This document shows, in pieces, positions 9,146 to 18,507 of a stretch of DNA of 64,000 nucleotides. The DNA is from Thermoplasmata archaeon (lineage in GTDB: Archaea; Thermoplasmatota; Thermoplasmata; Lutacidiplasmatales; UBA184): the NCBI GenBank assembly GCA_022750155.1, contig JAKIWG010000001.1:81138-145137 (forward strand). The letters run 5' to 3'. The notes beneath the pieces are model-generated. The model was not told where the DNA came from. It saw only the letters and a list, made by a program, of their open reading frames with translations, and made no database searches. Every line of letters begins with the position of its first letter. The stretch's first letter is position 1. The position numbers were made by a program, and so were the translations under genes.

Positions 9146-9770
9146 CCCGCCCGCGGCCCCCCTGTCCGAGCGGACCGTGGCGGCGATCGAAGGGCATCTC
9201 CGCCAGCGCGAGCTCCGCCGGGACGAGCTGTACGAACGGGCCCGCCGGCTGCGTCGGCTGGCCCAGGGGACGATGACCCGGCTCCACGAAGGCCGCGCGG
9301 AGACCCCCGAGCTCGCCGAGGTCCGCCGCGAGGCCCGGGATCTCGCCGAGTGGGTGCGGCGCGAGGCGCGCGGAGACGAGTCCCTGGCGCGCGACGCACT
9401 GCAGGAGAGCGTGGAAGCGTGCCTCCTCGGAGCCGTCTTCGCCCGTCTCCCGCTGCCGGGGCCGGACGAATTGGGCGTGGACCCGGAGGAGTACCTGCTC
9501 GGCCTCGGGGACCTCGTCGGGGAGCTCCGACGGCTCGTCCACCACCGCCTCTCCTCCGGGGAGCTCCCCCGGGCCGAGGAGTACCTGACGCTCATGGACT
9601 CGGTCTATCGGACGCTCATGCGCTTCGACACCACCCGCGGGATCGTCGCCTTGAAACCGAAACAGGACAGCGCGCGCGCCCTGCTCGAACGCACCCGCGG
9701 AGAGGTCACCATGGCGAGGCTCCTTTCCAGGGCCCACCTTCCGCCCGCCGTGCCCGAGGACCATCCGTGA
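9105..9770 (+). CDS. translin-family protein
   Basis: Helical protein containing EEYLLGLGDLVGELRR, typical of translin/TRAX. The start is uncertain (ATG 9105 or 9117 overlap the upstream gene; GTG 9177 does not). Confidence 0.7.
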   Translation: MEGTMTSDSPRSADPPAAPLSERTVAAIEGHLRQRELRRDELYERARRLRRLAQGTMTRLHEGRAETPELAEVRREARDLAEWVRREARGDESLARDALQESVEACLLGAVFARLPLPGPDELGVDPEEYLLGLGDLVGELRRLVHHRLSSGELPRAEEYLTLMDSVYRTLMRFDTTRGIVALKPKQDSARALLERTRGEVTMARLLSRAHLPPAVPEDHP

Positions 9771-10558
9771 ACGCCGCGAGGCGAACGGTCGGCGTCATCG
9801 GCGGGTCCGGGGTCTCCGAGCTGTTCGACGGAAAGGGCACCTTCCACCGGGTGGCGACCCCGTGGGGAGCTCCCTCCGGGCCGATCGAGGAGGGTCACGT
9901 GGGCGCCATGCGGGTCCTCTTCCTCGCGCGCCATGGTCCGGGTCACACCATCCCACCGCACCGCGTCAACTACCGCGCGAACATCGACGTCCTGCGGACC
10001 CTCGGTGCCGAGGCGATCCTCACGGTGAGCTCGGTGGGCTCGCTCCGGCCCGAGCTCCCACCGGGGTCGTTCGTCCTCCCTTCGCAGTTCATCGACTTCA
10101 CCAAGCAGCGTCCCACGACCTTCTTCGACGGCGGACGCGTCTATCACGTCTCGACGGCCGACCCGTTCTGTCCGGACCTGACGCGCCGTGCGGTCGCGAG
10201 CGGGGCCGCCACCGGCGTGACCTTCCACGATGGCAAGACCTACGTGTGCGTGGAGGGCCCCCGGTTCTCGACCCGCGCCGAGTCGAACTACTATCGAGGG
10301 TTCGCGGACGTGATCGGCATGACGCTCGTCCCGGAGGTGACCCTCGCGCGGGAGCGGGCGCTATGCTACCTGTGCCTCGCCATGGTCACCGATTTCGACG
10401 TCTGGGCCGACAAGCCGGTGGAGGCGAAGGAGATCGTCGAGACGATGCACCGCAACGCTCGCTCGATGCGCGCGATCCTCGAGCACCTCCTCCCGTCGCT
10501 CGGCGAGGGGCCCCCCGCGTGTTCGTGCGCCCACGCCCTCGATGAGGCCGCGCTCTAG
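9767..10558 (+). CDS. mtnP: S-methyl-5'-thioadenosine phosphorylase
   Basis: VGVIGGSG, FLARHG, HRVNYRANI, YVCVEGPRFSTRAES, GMTLVPE. GTG 9767 overlaps the upstream stop (GTGA). Confidence 0.9.
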   Translation: MNAARRTVGVIGGSGVSELFDGKGTFHRVATPWGAPSGPIEEGHVGAMRVLFLARHGPGHTIPPHRVNYRANIDVLRTLGAEAILTVSSVGSLRPELPPGSFVLPSQFIDFTKQRPTTFFDGGRVYHVSTADPFCPDLTRRAVASGAATGVTFHDGKTYVCVEGPRFSTRAESNYYRGFADVIGMTLVPEVTLARERALCYLCLAMVTDFDVWADKPVEAKEIVETMHRNARSMRAILEHLLPSLGEGPPACSCAHALDEAAL

Positions 10559-10581
10559 TCGGTCGCGGTACGTCCGGGCGG

Positions 10582-10770
10582 CTATCGCGCGGCGCCGCGC
10601 CGAACGGTGATCGGGATCACGTTGGCGGCGAACTCGCGCTCGGCGATCTCCACCGGGTCGATGAGTCCGGCCGGGATATCGATGAGGATCGGCGCGCCGA
10701 GCGACACCTGCAGCGCCCTCGCCCCGAGGATGCGCGCCCGCTCGAACCGGGTGAATGTGGAAGAGGTCAC
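10582..10770 (-). CDS. rpoK: DNA-directed RNA polymerase subunit K (Rpo6)
   Basis: [24 protein letters not shown] is the Rpo6/RpoK signature. GTG 10770 gives a typical ~62-aa product; the alternative GTG at 10851 gives 89 aa. Confidence 0.85.
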   Translation of the reverse strand: MTSSTFTRFERARILGARALQVSLGAPILIDIPAGLIDPVEIAEREFAANVIPITVRRGAAR

Positions 10771-10919
10771 CTTGGCACCCGAGGCCGTTCCGGTCACTAG
10801 GACACCACTCGGGGCCGCGGAGAGCGAAGCGGCCGGCAAGGGGACGCGCACTCAACGCACTCTATTTACGCTTTGCTACGGAACGAACGACAGGGGCGGC
10901 TCCCGCGGCCCGAGGGAGC

Positions 10920-13616
10920 CTACCGTCTCGGTGGGCCTTGTCCGCGCTCCCGCCGAACGAGCAGGAACCCCAACGCGACCGCCGCGGCGCAGAGCAGGGC
11001 CCCTTCGCCGAACGGGGTCAGCCAGGGCGGGACCGAAGCCGAGGAAACGGCTCCCGGGCTCCTCGGGCCCGAACTCGGGGTCCCGTTCCCGCCGACGACC
11101 ACGGAGGCGTTGACGGTGTTGGAGTGCCCGAACGGGTCCCGTACCGAGACCCCCACCACGAGCGTACCGGCGTGCGCCGGAATACATTCCAGCTCGGCCC
11201 CCCCGACGCTCGAACAGCCGGAGGGTGCGTTCCAGGCGAGGGAATACGCGCCCGCACCCCCCGAGGGGCTTGCCGTGAAGAACACCGGCGAATCGATCGC
11301 CGCGGTGGAGCTGGACGCCGAGAGGGTGACGGTGAGCGGTCCCCCGCCGGGGAGCACGGTGATGATCTGTTGCACCACCACGAGCCCCGGTCGCGTGTCG
11401 GTCACGACGAGGACGGCGGTGTAGTTTCCCGCTGCCAGGTACGTGTGACTGCTCCGAGGGCTGGCGGAGGACGTCCCGTCCCCGAACGACCACCAGTACG
11501 CGTAGCTCGGGAAGCCCCCTCCCGCGGCGGCGTTGAACCCCACCGTCAGCGGGGAGGCGCCCCAGGAGACGTTCGACGAGGCCGTGACACTGAGGGTCGA
11601 GGTGTGTACGGCGAACCCGCGGTTCTGTACGCCGACCGCGTCGGTGACCGTCACCTCGACCTCCACGGGGGCGCTCGAGGCGAAGGTGTGGGCGATCGTC
11701 GACTGATCTCCTCCCATTCCGCCGTCCCCGAAGTCCCACGCATACCGGTACGGGGCGATCCCCCCGGATACGGTGGCCGAGAAGTACACCGGCGCCCCCA
11801 CGGCCGCCGGTTCCGGGGACATGGCGATCACCGGGGCGAGGAGCGATGGAGCGACCGCGAGCTCGACGGACGAGGTCTGTTGGTTCCCGTCGGACCCGGT
11901 CAGGGTCACCTGCACGCCGTACGCACCAGGCTTGACGAAGGTATGCGTGACATTCGGCCCGTTTGCCGAGGTGCCGTCGCCGAACGACCACGTCACCTGG
12001 ATCGGGGGAATCCCCCCGGAGACCCGGTCGGAGAATGCGACGGGCCGCCCGGCCTCTGCCGGGTCGGGGCGTATCACCAGCACACCGGACTGAACCGGGA
12101 CCACGGAAATCCGCACCTTCCCGAATGCGGAGTGGTTGCTCGAATCCCGGATCGTCAGAGAGACCGTGTAGTTCCGTGCGGCGTAGAAAGCCTCCGAGGG
12201 CATCGCCGCGGTCGAGTGGTTTCCGTCCCCGAACGACCACGCGTAGGCCATCGGGGGCGTCCCGCCTTGGAACGTGGCGTGGAACGTGACGGGTAGGCCC
12301 GGGGTCACCGTCGGGAGGGAGGCGATGAGCTGCAGCCCGACGGGAGGGGGTGTGGCGCTCCAGATCCAGGTGGTGTTGTCCCGACCGGGAGGCGGCGCAC
12401 CGCCGTTTCCGTCGCCCTGGAAGCAAAGCACCCCCGGGGCGGCTGCGTCGTAGGCCATCGAGGCCAGCCCCTGTCGGGGTGGGGCGTTCGGGGTGGGGAC
12501 GGGCCACCACTTTCCCAGGGCGAAGAGCCACGTGTCGGCGAGGGCGTACAAGGTGGAGGGGAAGCAGAAGGCCTGGCAGTCCCAGTAGATTCCGCCGAAC
12601 ATCAGCACGTAGCCCTTGGTCCGGTCGTCCACGAGGGTCGCGTGGTCGCGGCAGGGCGGATGGTTCCGCTGGGAGACGTTGAGCAACGTCCACGTGGCGT
12701 TCGTCAGGGTCCAGGTCTCGCAATCGGGTTCCGGGATCCCATTGGCCGTGGGCGAGGTCCCCCCGAACAGCACGAGCTCGCCGTCGCGGATGTCGTAGGT
12801 CATCGCGGGTTCCCCGTCCCCTCCGGACCCGGACCGGAGCGGGGTCGTCCCCGTTTCCCAGCAGTCGCTGTAGTTGGTGGGGGGTCCGCTGCAGACGGGA
12901 CTCCACGTGGTTCCCGCCAGGGTCCACACCGAGCCCCCGGGGTTCTCGTCCAGTCCCCCATCGAACAGCACGGTCGCCCGAAGTTGGGCGTCATAGGAGA
13001 GCTTGACCTCCTGCCCGAAACGGAACGAGGCGCAGAGGGCGGCGCAGGTGGTGGTGAGCCGGGTCCAGTTGCCCCGGTGGAACTCCCATGTGCTTTGGGG
13101 CCCGCCCACCGCCACGACGTAGCCGTCCCAAGCATCGTAGGTCATCGCGACCCCCTGAGATCCGGGTTCGGAGCTGGAGGGTCCCTCGCCGGCCCCGGTG
13201 CTGATGTTCTTCCAGGCCCCATTGGCGAAACGCCACGTCGCCTGCGTTTGGAATGGGCCGTTGGTTTCGTTCGGGCGGTACCCCAAGATGTAGTGGTCAG
13301 CGGTGTCGTTGACGATCAGGGTTCCGGCCGGCGGGGTCACCCCTGTGGTCAGGTTCGTCCAGAAGGGAGCATGGGCTCCGAGAGCGGGGGGCGGACCGGG
13401 GGACACGGGGGGTGGTCGTGGGGTGCCGGGCACGGCCCCCGCCGACTCTCCGGATGCCACCGCCACGGACGGGGCGAGCAGCAGCACGACCACCGAAACG
13501 GCCAGCACGATCGCGGACGAGCGCGGCGGGGATCGCCAAGGCCCGTGGTCGAGTCCGCCCGGCCCGGTGACCAGGGATCGACCGGCGTCCGGAAGGCGGT
13601 GCACCAACTTCTCCAT
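10920..13616 (-). CDS. large surface protein: N-terminal signal/anchor, Kelch-like beta-propeller, at least 4 PKD domains, C-terminal TM anchor
   Basis: ATG 13616 (MEKLVH...), hydrophobic AIVLAVSVVVLLLAPSVAVA. Repeated W-rich Kelch-like blades. PKD cores WSFGDG/WDFGDG occur 4 times. C-terminal GALLCAAAVALGFLLVRRER. Many N-x-S/T sequons. Confidence 0.8.
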   Translation of the reverse strand: MEKLVHRLPDAGRSLVTGPGGLDHGPWRSPPRSSAIVLAVSVVVLLLAPSVAVASGESAGAVPGTPRPPPVSPGPPPALGAHAPFWTNLTTGVTPPAGTLIVNDTADHYILGYRPNETNGPFQTQATWRFANGAWKNISTGAGEGPSSSEPGSQGVAMTYDAWDGYVVAVGGPQSTWEFHRGNWTRLTTTCAALCASFRFGQEVKLSYDAQLRATVLFDGGLDENPGGSVWTLAGTTWSPVCSGPPTNYSDCWETGTTPLRSGSGGDGEPAMTYDIRDGELVLFGGTSPTANGIPEPDCETWTLTNATWTLLNVSQRNHPPCRDHATLVDDRTKGYVLMFGGIYWDCQAFCFPSTLYALADTWLFALGKWWPVPTPNAPPRQGLASMAYDAAAPGVLCFQGDGNGGAPPPGRDNTTWIWSATPPPVGLQLIASLPTVTPGLPVTFHATFQGGTPPMAYAWSFGDGNHSTAAMPSEAFYAARNYTVSLTIRDSSNHSAFGKVRISVVPVQSGVLVIRPDPAEAGRPVAFSDRVSGGIPPIQVTWSFGDGTSANGPNVTHTFVKPGAYGVQVTLTGSDGNQQTSSVELAVAPSLLAPVIAMSPEPAAVGAPVYFSATVSGGIAPYRYAWDFGDGGMGGDQSTIAHTFASSAPVEVEVTVTDAVGVQNRGFAVHTSTLSVTASSNVSWGASPLTVGFNAAAGGGFPSYAYWWSFGDGTSSASPRSSHTYLAAGNYTAVLVVTDTRPGLVVVQQIITVLPGGGPLTVTLSASSSTAAIDSPVFFTASPSGGAGAYSLAWNAPSGCSSVGGAELECIPAHAGTLVVGVSVRDPFGHSNTVNASVVVGGNGTPSSGPRSPGAVSSASVPPWLTPFGEGALLCAAAVALGFLLVRRERGQGPPRR

Positions 13617-13789
13617 CGAGGGGGCCGCGGAGAGGCCGCGGACGTAATTCAGATGTTGGATGCGTTCTCGCGGGAGGCCGAACCCCGCCGGAGACCCGCG
13701 AGCGGGGGGAACAGGGTAGAGCTCCCCTCCGGGAGGACGGGGCGGGACCCAGGGCGAACTCTTCTTTCCCACGCCCTCCCCCGCCTCGC

Positions 13790-15076
13790 ATGATCGACGC
13801 TCGGGGGTGGGCCGCCCTCGCCCTCTTCGTCTCCGCGTACGCGCTGTTCGCGGTCCGCGAGCACTGGCGGGTCCCGGTGGGGGCGGTCGCCGCGGCGATC
13901 GCACTCGGCAGCGGCCTCGTCCCCCTGTCCTCCCTTCGCCCCACCTCGTTCAGCGGTCAAGGGGGGGTCGTCGAGTGGAACTCCATCGGGCTGTTGGTGG
14001 GCCTCTTCCTGTTCGCGGGGCTGCTCCACGAGCTCGGCGTGTTCCGGTACGCCGCCCTGCGGATCGCCGGACGGTTCGAGTCCCGGCCGATACGGCTCTA
14101 CGTGGTCCTGACGGTCCTCGCCTTTGGCCTCTCGGCCGTGGTCAACTCGATCTCTGTCGTCCTGGTCCTCGCCCCGCTGACCCTGGAGGTCGCCCGAGCC
14201 CTCGGACGCAATCCGATCCCGTACGTCATCGCCGAGATCTCCGCGTCCAACGCCGGCGGCGCTGCGACCTTCGTCGGGGACCTGCCGAACGTGATCCTGG
14301 GGACGTACTTCCAGCTGGGGTTCGTCGACTTTCTCGAATTCACCTCGCTCCCGGCGATCGCCGCCCTCGCGGTGATCCTCCTGTGGTTCCGCCGGGGGCT
14401 GGGCGATGCCCCGGAGATCGCCCATCCACCCCCGCTCGACCCTCCCCGCTCCGCGATCCGTGAACCGAACCGGGCAGTCGGCTCCGTGGTCGTATTCGGC
14501 GGGGTGCTCGTCGTCCTGAGCGCCCAGGCCCCCCTAGGGATCCCCGTGTGGCTGGTGGGGGTCGCCGGCGGGATCCTCGCCCTCGCTCTCGCCGGGCCCC
14601 GTCTGGTGAAGGCGGTGCTCGCCCGGTTCGACTGGCAGACCGTGGCATTCTTCCTGTGCCTGTTCATCCTCGTCGGTGCCTTGGTGGCCACGGGCGACAT
14701 CGACGCCCTCGCCCAGCAGATCGGCGGGTGGGGCGGCGGGAACCTGCTCCTCACGGGCACGATCCTGCTCTGGACCCTCGGGCTCCTCTCCACCGTGGTG
14801 AACAACATCCCCCTGGCGGCCGCCGCGGCCCCGTTGATCGCCGCCCTCAGCGGGAACACCGGCATGGCGGCCCGGCCGCTTGTCTGGGCCGCGGCGATCG
14901 GCTCGGACATCGGCGGCAACGGCACTCCCATCGGGGCGTCGGCCAACATCGTCGGCCTCGCCGCGGCATCGAAGGCGGGCACCCCGATCACCTGGTCCCG
15001 ATACGTCCGTACGGCCTTCCCCGCGATGCTGCTGTCGCTGGCCGCGGCCAACCTCGTCTGGCTGTTCGTCCACTGA
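13790..15076 (+). CDS. ArsB/NhaD-superfamily (citrate-transporter-like) permease
   Basis: 428-aa polytopic membrane protein. AEISASNAGGAATFVGDLPNVILG and NNIPLAAAAAPL motifs are typical of the family. Confidence 0.8.
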   Translation: MIDARGWAALALFVSAYALFAVREHWRVPVGAVAAAIALGSGLVPLSSLRPTSFSGQGGVVEWNSIGLLVGLFLFAGLLHELGVFRYAALRIAGRFESRPIRLYVVLTVLAFGLSAVVNSISVVLVLAPLTLEVARALGRNPIPYVIAEISASNAGGAATFVGDLPNVILGTYFQLGFVDFLEFTSLPAIAALAVILLWFRRGLGDAPEIAHPPPLDPPRSAIREPNRAVGSVVVFGGVLVVLSAQAPLGIPVWLVGVAGGILALALAGPRLVKAVLARFDWQTVAFFLCLFILVGALVATGDIDALAQQIGGWGGGNLLLTGTILLWTLGLLSTVVNNIPLAAAAAPLIAALSGNTGMAARPLVWAAAIGSDIGGNGTPIGASANIVGLAAASKAGTPITWSRYVRTAFPAMLLSLAAANLVWLFVH

Positions 15077-15089
15077 CGGGGGGCGCGGG

Positions 15090-15962
15090 TCAGTCCCCGG
15101 TCACATCGACGAGGAACTCACGGATGGTCTTGAGCGACTCCGTCGGCTGCTCGTGGATGGCGAGGTGGCTGGCCCGGGGCAGGACCCGCAGGTGGGCCGG
15201 GACGATGCGGTCCGCCATCTCGCGGGAGGCCTCGAGGAGGGAGTCGTATCGCCCGACCATGACGAGGGTGGGCACCTCGATCTTCGAGTAGTACTTTCGC
15301 CCGTCCCATCGGGCCATCGTCCCGTCGACCAGGAACTCGTCCCCGGTGCGGGTCATGATGGCTCGGTAGACGTCCAGGCTCAGCTTCGAGGACCGGAGCT
15401 CCTTCGGACGCTGCGAGAGAAAGCGCCGCTGGAACGGGGCCGCCATCGCATCGGTCAGGTCGGCGTACTCCTTCGTGTCGAACGCCTTCGCCTTCTCGAG
15501 CTGGGCCAGCCTTCGACGCTGCCTCGCCGAGGCGGCCGAGCGGATCATCCGGTTCGCCTGGCGGACCTCCTCCGCGCTGCCGGCGGTGGCGACGAGGAGG
15601 AGCGAGGTCAGGTGGCGTTGGTAGCGGTGGGCGTACTCGAGCGCCACGAACCCCCCCGCGGAGAACCCCAGCAGGTGGAGCTCGTCGATGTCGAGGGCGC
15701 TCCGCAGCGCGTCGACGTCCTCGGCCATGTTCGAGATCGTGTAGGCCGACGCCCGCGCGGGGGACCACGACCTTCCCACCCCCCGGGGGTTGAACAGGAC
15801 GACGCGCAGGTGGGCGTGGGCGAGCCGAAGGAGCGGCCGGAGGTATTCGTAGGTCAGTCCCGGGCCACCGGGGTGGACGAGCAGCGTCGCCGGTCCCCTC
15901 CCCCTCGACACGTACTCGAAGGACCGACGGCCGGCGACCGTCACCCGGGAGGCTCTCGGCAT
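15090..15962 (-). CDS. alpha/beta hydrolase (proline iminopeptidase-like)
   Basis: ATG 15962 within the chimeric ORF 15090..16859. VHPGGPG oxyanion region, nucleophile elbow GFSAGG, C-terminal ASHLAIHEQP. Confidence 0.8.
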   Translation of the reverse strand: MPRASRVTVAGRRSFEYVSRGRGPATLLVHPGGPGLTYEYLRPLLRLAHAHLRVVLFNPRGVGRSWSPARASAYTISNMAEDVDALRSALDIDELHLLGFSAGGFVALEYAHRYQRHLTSLLLVATAGSAEEVRQANRMIRSAASARQRRRLAQLEKAKAFDTKEYADLTDAMAAPFQRRFLSQRPKELRSSKLSLDVYRAIMTRTGDEFLVDGTMARWDGRKYYSKIEVPTLVMVGRYDSLLEASREMADRIVPAHLRVLPRASHLAIHEQPTESLKTIREFLVDVTGD

Positions 15963-16043
15963 GGTCGGGGGATTGATTGGGGGGGATAAACCCCCCGCTC
16001 CCCCGAGTGAAAACGGGACCGACGGTCGCCGAGAAAGGGGAGG

Positions 16044-16117
16044 TGCGGGCACCGGGATTTGAACCCGGGTTGCAGACTTGGCAAGCCTGCGTGATAACCA
16101 GACTACACTATGCCCGC
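16044..16117 (-). tRNA. tRNA-Gly (anticodon GCC)
   Basis: The reverse complement folds as a cloverleaf: acceptor GCGGGCA/TGCCCGC, anticodon stem CAGGC/GTCTG with loop TTGCCAA, T arm CCGGG-TTCAAAT-CCCGG, discriminator A. CCA is not encoded. Confidence 0.9.
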
Positions 16118-16163
16118 GCGCGCTTCCTTCGGCGTCCGAAGGCGGTCCGCGCCACCTGCTCCC

Positions 16164-16174
16164 GAAATATAAAG
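16164..16174 (-). promoter_or_regulatory. TATA-like element (CTTTATATTTC on the minus strand) upstream of tRNA-Gly
   Basis: The only AT-rich block between the tRNA and trmI, about 50 nt upstream of the mature tRNA 5' end. It could also serve the + strand. Confidence 0.35.
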
Positions 16175-16304
16175 AGGAGCGAAACCGCGGCCGCGTCCTC
16201 CGTGCTCTGGCCCCGGGCCCGGCACGAGGGACGGCGGCTTCGGTTATAATCGGCCGTCCGCTCGGCACGCCGGTGTCCGACGATCCGCCCGGCCCCAGGC
16301 TCCT

Positions 16305-17081
16305 GTGAGCGGAACGGCACCGCTCGCAGAAGGGGAGCGGGTGCTGCTTCGGCGGCGGGAGGGCGACACGTTCCTTCTGAAGCTCGCGAACGGCCCGATG
16401 GCCGTGGAGGGGAGGGGGGTGGTCGACCTCGGGGAAGTGATCGGCCAGCCCCCGGGTCGGACGGTCCGCTGGGCCGGGTCGGAGTACCGGGTCCTGCGCC
16501 CGTCCCTCTCCGACCTGATCGGCCACCTGCGGCGCAAGGCCCAGATCGTGACCCCCAAGGATTCGGCCCAGCTGGTGGCGATGGCCGGGATCGCGCCGGG
16601 AGACCGAGTGGCGGAGGCCGGCGCCGGCAGTGGGGCCCTCACGGTGGTCCTCGCGTACACCGTCGGAGCCGAGGGTCGGGTCTATTCGTTCGACCGGCGG
16701 GCGGAGTTCCTGGACGTGGCCCGGCGGAACGTCGGGCTCACCGGTCTCGAGTCGAGGGTCGAGTTCCAGGAACGGGACGTGGGGGAGGATGGGTTTCCCC
16801 AGAGGGAACTCGACGCCATCCTGCTGGACGTTCCCGAGCCCTGGTCCGTCGCCGGGCACGCGCTATCGGCGCTCCGACCCGGGGGGTACCTTGCCACCTA
16901 CACCCCGACGTATAACCAGCTGGAGCGGACCGTGAAAGCACTGCGAGCCGCGCGGTTCGAGGAGGTGCGGAGCGTGGAGATCCTCGAGCGCTCCCTCCAC
17001 GTCGGGGAGGGGGGAACCCGGCCGGAGTTCGACATGCTCGGGCACACCGCGTTCCTGACGGCCGCACGTCGGGTGGAGTGA
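16305..17081 (+). CDS. trmI: tRNA (adenine-N1)-methyltransferase TrmI (Gcd14 family)
   Basis: SAM motif VAEAGAGSGALT, DAILLDVPEPW, and the N-terminal small beta domain typical of TrmI. GTG start. Confidence 0.85.
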   Translation: MSGTAPLAEGERVLLRRREGDTFLLKLANGPMAVEGRGVVDLGEVIGQPPGRTVRWAGSEYRVLRPSLSDLIGHLRRKAQIVTPKDSAQLVAMAGIAPGDRVAEAGAGSGALTVVLAYTVGAEGRVYSFDRRAEFLDVARRNVGLTGLESRVEFQERDVGEDGFPQRELDAILLDVPEPWSVAGHALSALRPGGYLATYTPTYNQLERTVKALRAARFEEVRSVEILERSLHVGEGGTRPEFDMLGHTAFLTAARRVE

Positions 17082-17842
17082 ACATGGTCTACACGCCACT
17101 CGCCACCGGGGCGACGGCGGCGGCGCTGCTCGTCGGGGCCTACCTGTACTTCGAGATCGGGGCGTTCGCATCCCCTCAGGTCCCGCGGACGCTCTTCAAC
17201 GAGAAGAAGCTCGGCTGGGGGCTCATCGCCGGGCTCGCCGTCGGAAGCCCGCTCTCGGTCGTCCTCATCGTCCTGTTCAGCTCGTTCGAGGGAGGCTACC
17301 TCGTCTCGGTCCTCCTCGAGATCGTCCTACTGGTCGGCCTCACGGAGTTGGCCCAGTGGTTGCTGCTACGTTCGGTCTACTTCGGCACCGACCGTTCCGG
17401 CCCGTTCTACGCGCTGGCGCTCCGATCCGGGATCGCGGCGATCCTGATCCTCGCCGCGGTCACCCGATATTTCGGCGGGCCATCGGTCGATGTCCTGGGA
17501 GCGGGGCTCGTCGTCAGCCAGGCGATCGCGATCCTGTCGGTGGAGGTCGCAGGGGGGCTGCTATCGATCCCCGCACCTCCGAACAGCCGGCGCGTGGGCG
17601 GGGGGCCGCTCTCCGGCGGGTTGATCGGGGGGGTGGGGTTCTTCCTGCTCGGCCTTGGGCTGTTCCTCGGCTCGGAGTTCGGCATTGCGGCGGCCGCGCT
17701 CGCCGCCCTAGGGGGGCTCTTCGTCTACCAACGACTGCGACGGCCGACGCTGTCGCGAATCAAGCCTCCCGAACCCCCCGAGGAATCGAAGGAGGACCCC
17801 ACGCCCGAGTCGGGCTCCGGGTTCGGTCGGACCGACCGGTGA
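17078..17842 (+). CDS. polytopic membrane protein, unknown function
   Basis: 254-aa ORF whose start overlaps the trmI stop. At least 6 hydrophobic segments and a charged, Pro-rich C-terminal tail. No motif recognised. Confidence 0.6.
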   Translation: MNMVYTPLATGATAAALLVGAYLYFEIGAFASPQVPRTLFNEKKLGWGLIAGLAVGSPLSVVLIVLFSSFEGGYLVSVLLEIVLLVGLTELAQWLLLRSVYFGTDRSGPFYALALRSGIAAILILAAVTRYFGGPSVDVLGAGLVVSQAIAILSVEVAGGLLSIPAPPNSRRVGGGPLSGGLIGGVGFFLLGLGLFLGSEFGIAAAALAALGGLFVYQRLRRPTLSRIKPPEPPEESKEDPTPESGSGFGRTDR

Positions 17843-17901
17843 GGGGGCGGGGCGGGAAGGGAAGGGGGAAATGGTTGGGTAACGCCGAGCCTCCCGAGCG
17901 C

Positions 17902-18381
17902 CTAGGGCGGTAGGGGGAACGGGGCCGGCGAGGCGTTGACCGTCGCCAGGAGCCACATCAGCAGGACGACGCTGATGAAGAACAGCAGCCCGTTGAACCG
18001 GTGGCTGGCGAGGTACGCCGCGGCGTCCTCACCGGCGGCCGGCTTGGTTCCCCAATGCAGCTTGATCCCCGCACCCGCCGCGAACCCGGAAAGGCCCAGG
18101 ACGACGAGGATCTTCCCTGCGATGATCGCATTCAGCACCCCTGTGGCGAACCCGGTATTCGTGCCCGTACAGCTCCCCGCGTTGCTGACGCAACCGCCGG
18201 GGATCGACGCGAACGCGACGACGATGATGATCCCGACGAAGAATAGCACGAATCCGATGATCTTGGCAAGGGTCCCCAGCATCGCCCACGGGATGGGGCG
18301 CCCGGCCATGGGGGCCGCGGGCATGGGGGTCCAGGTCGGCGGTGGAGGCGCGGCGGCGACAGCTGGCGGAGCGTCCGGCAT
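17902..18381 (-). CDS. membrane protein, unknown function
   Basis: ATG 18381. Pro/Ala-rich N-terminus, then about 4 hydrophobic segments and a short Cys-containing loop (GGCVSNAGSCTG). Confidence 0.55.
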   Translation of the reverse strand: MPDAPPAVAAAPPPPTWTPMPAAPMAGRPIPWAMLGTLAKIIGFVLFFVGIIIVVAFASIPGGCVSNAGSCTGTNTGFATGVLNAIIAGKILVVLGLSGFAAGAGIKLHWGTKPAAGEDAAAYLASHRFNGLLFFISVVLLMWLLATVNASPAPFPLPP

Positions 18382-18507
18382 AGTCGGGTATCCGCGGATT
18401 CAGGTCATAATCCTATCCCTCGGAGGGAACGGTGGCGCTGCGGGGGTTCGGGACGCGCGCGCCGCCCTCCATAGCTTGATAAGTGGCCCGCCCTCCGGCC
18501 CGTCCGG

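Noticed and set aside
15090-16859. 589-aa ORF spanning the hydrolase gene, the tRNA-Gly gene and antisense trmI
   Set aside because: It is a chimeric open frame. Only the 15090..15962 part has alpha/beta-hydrolase motifs. The rest reads through a tRNA gene and runs antisense to trmI.
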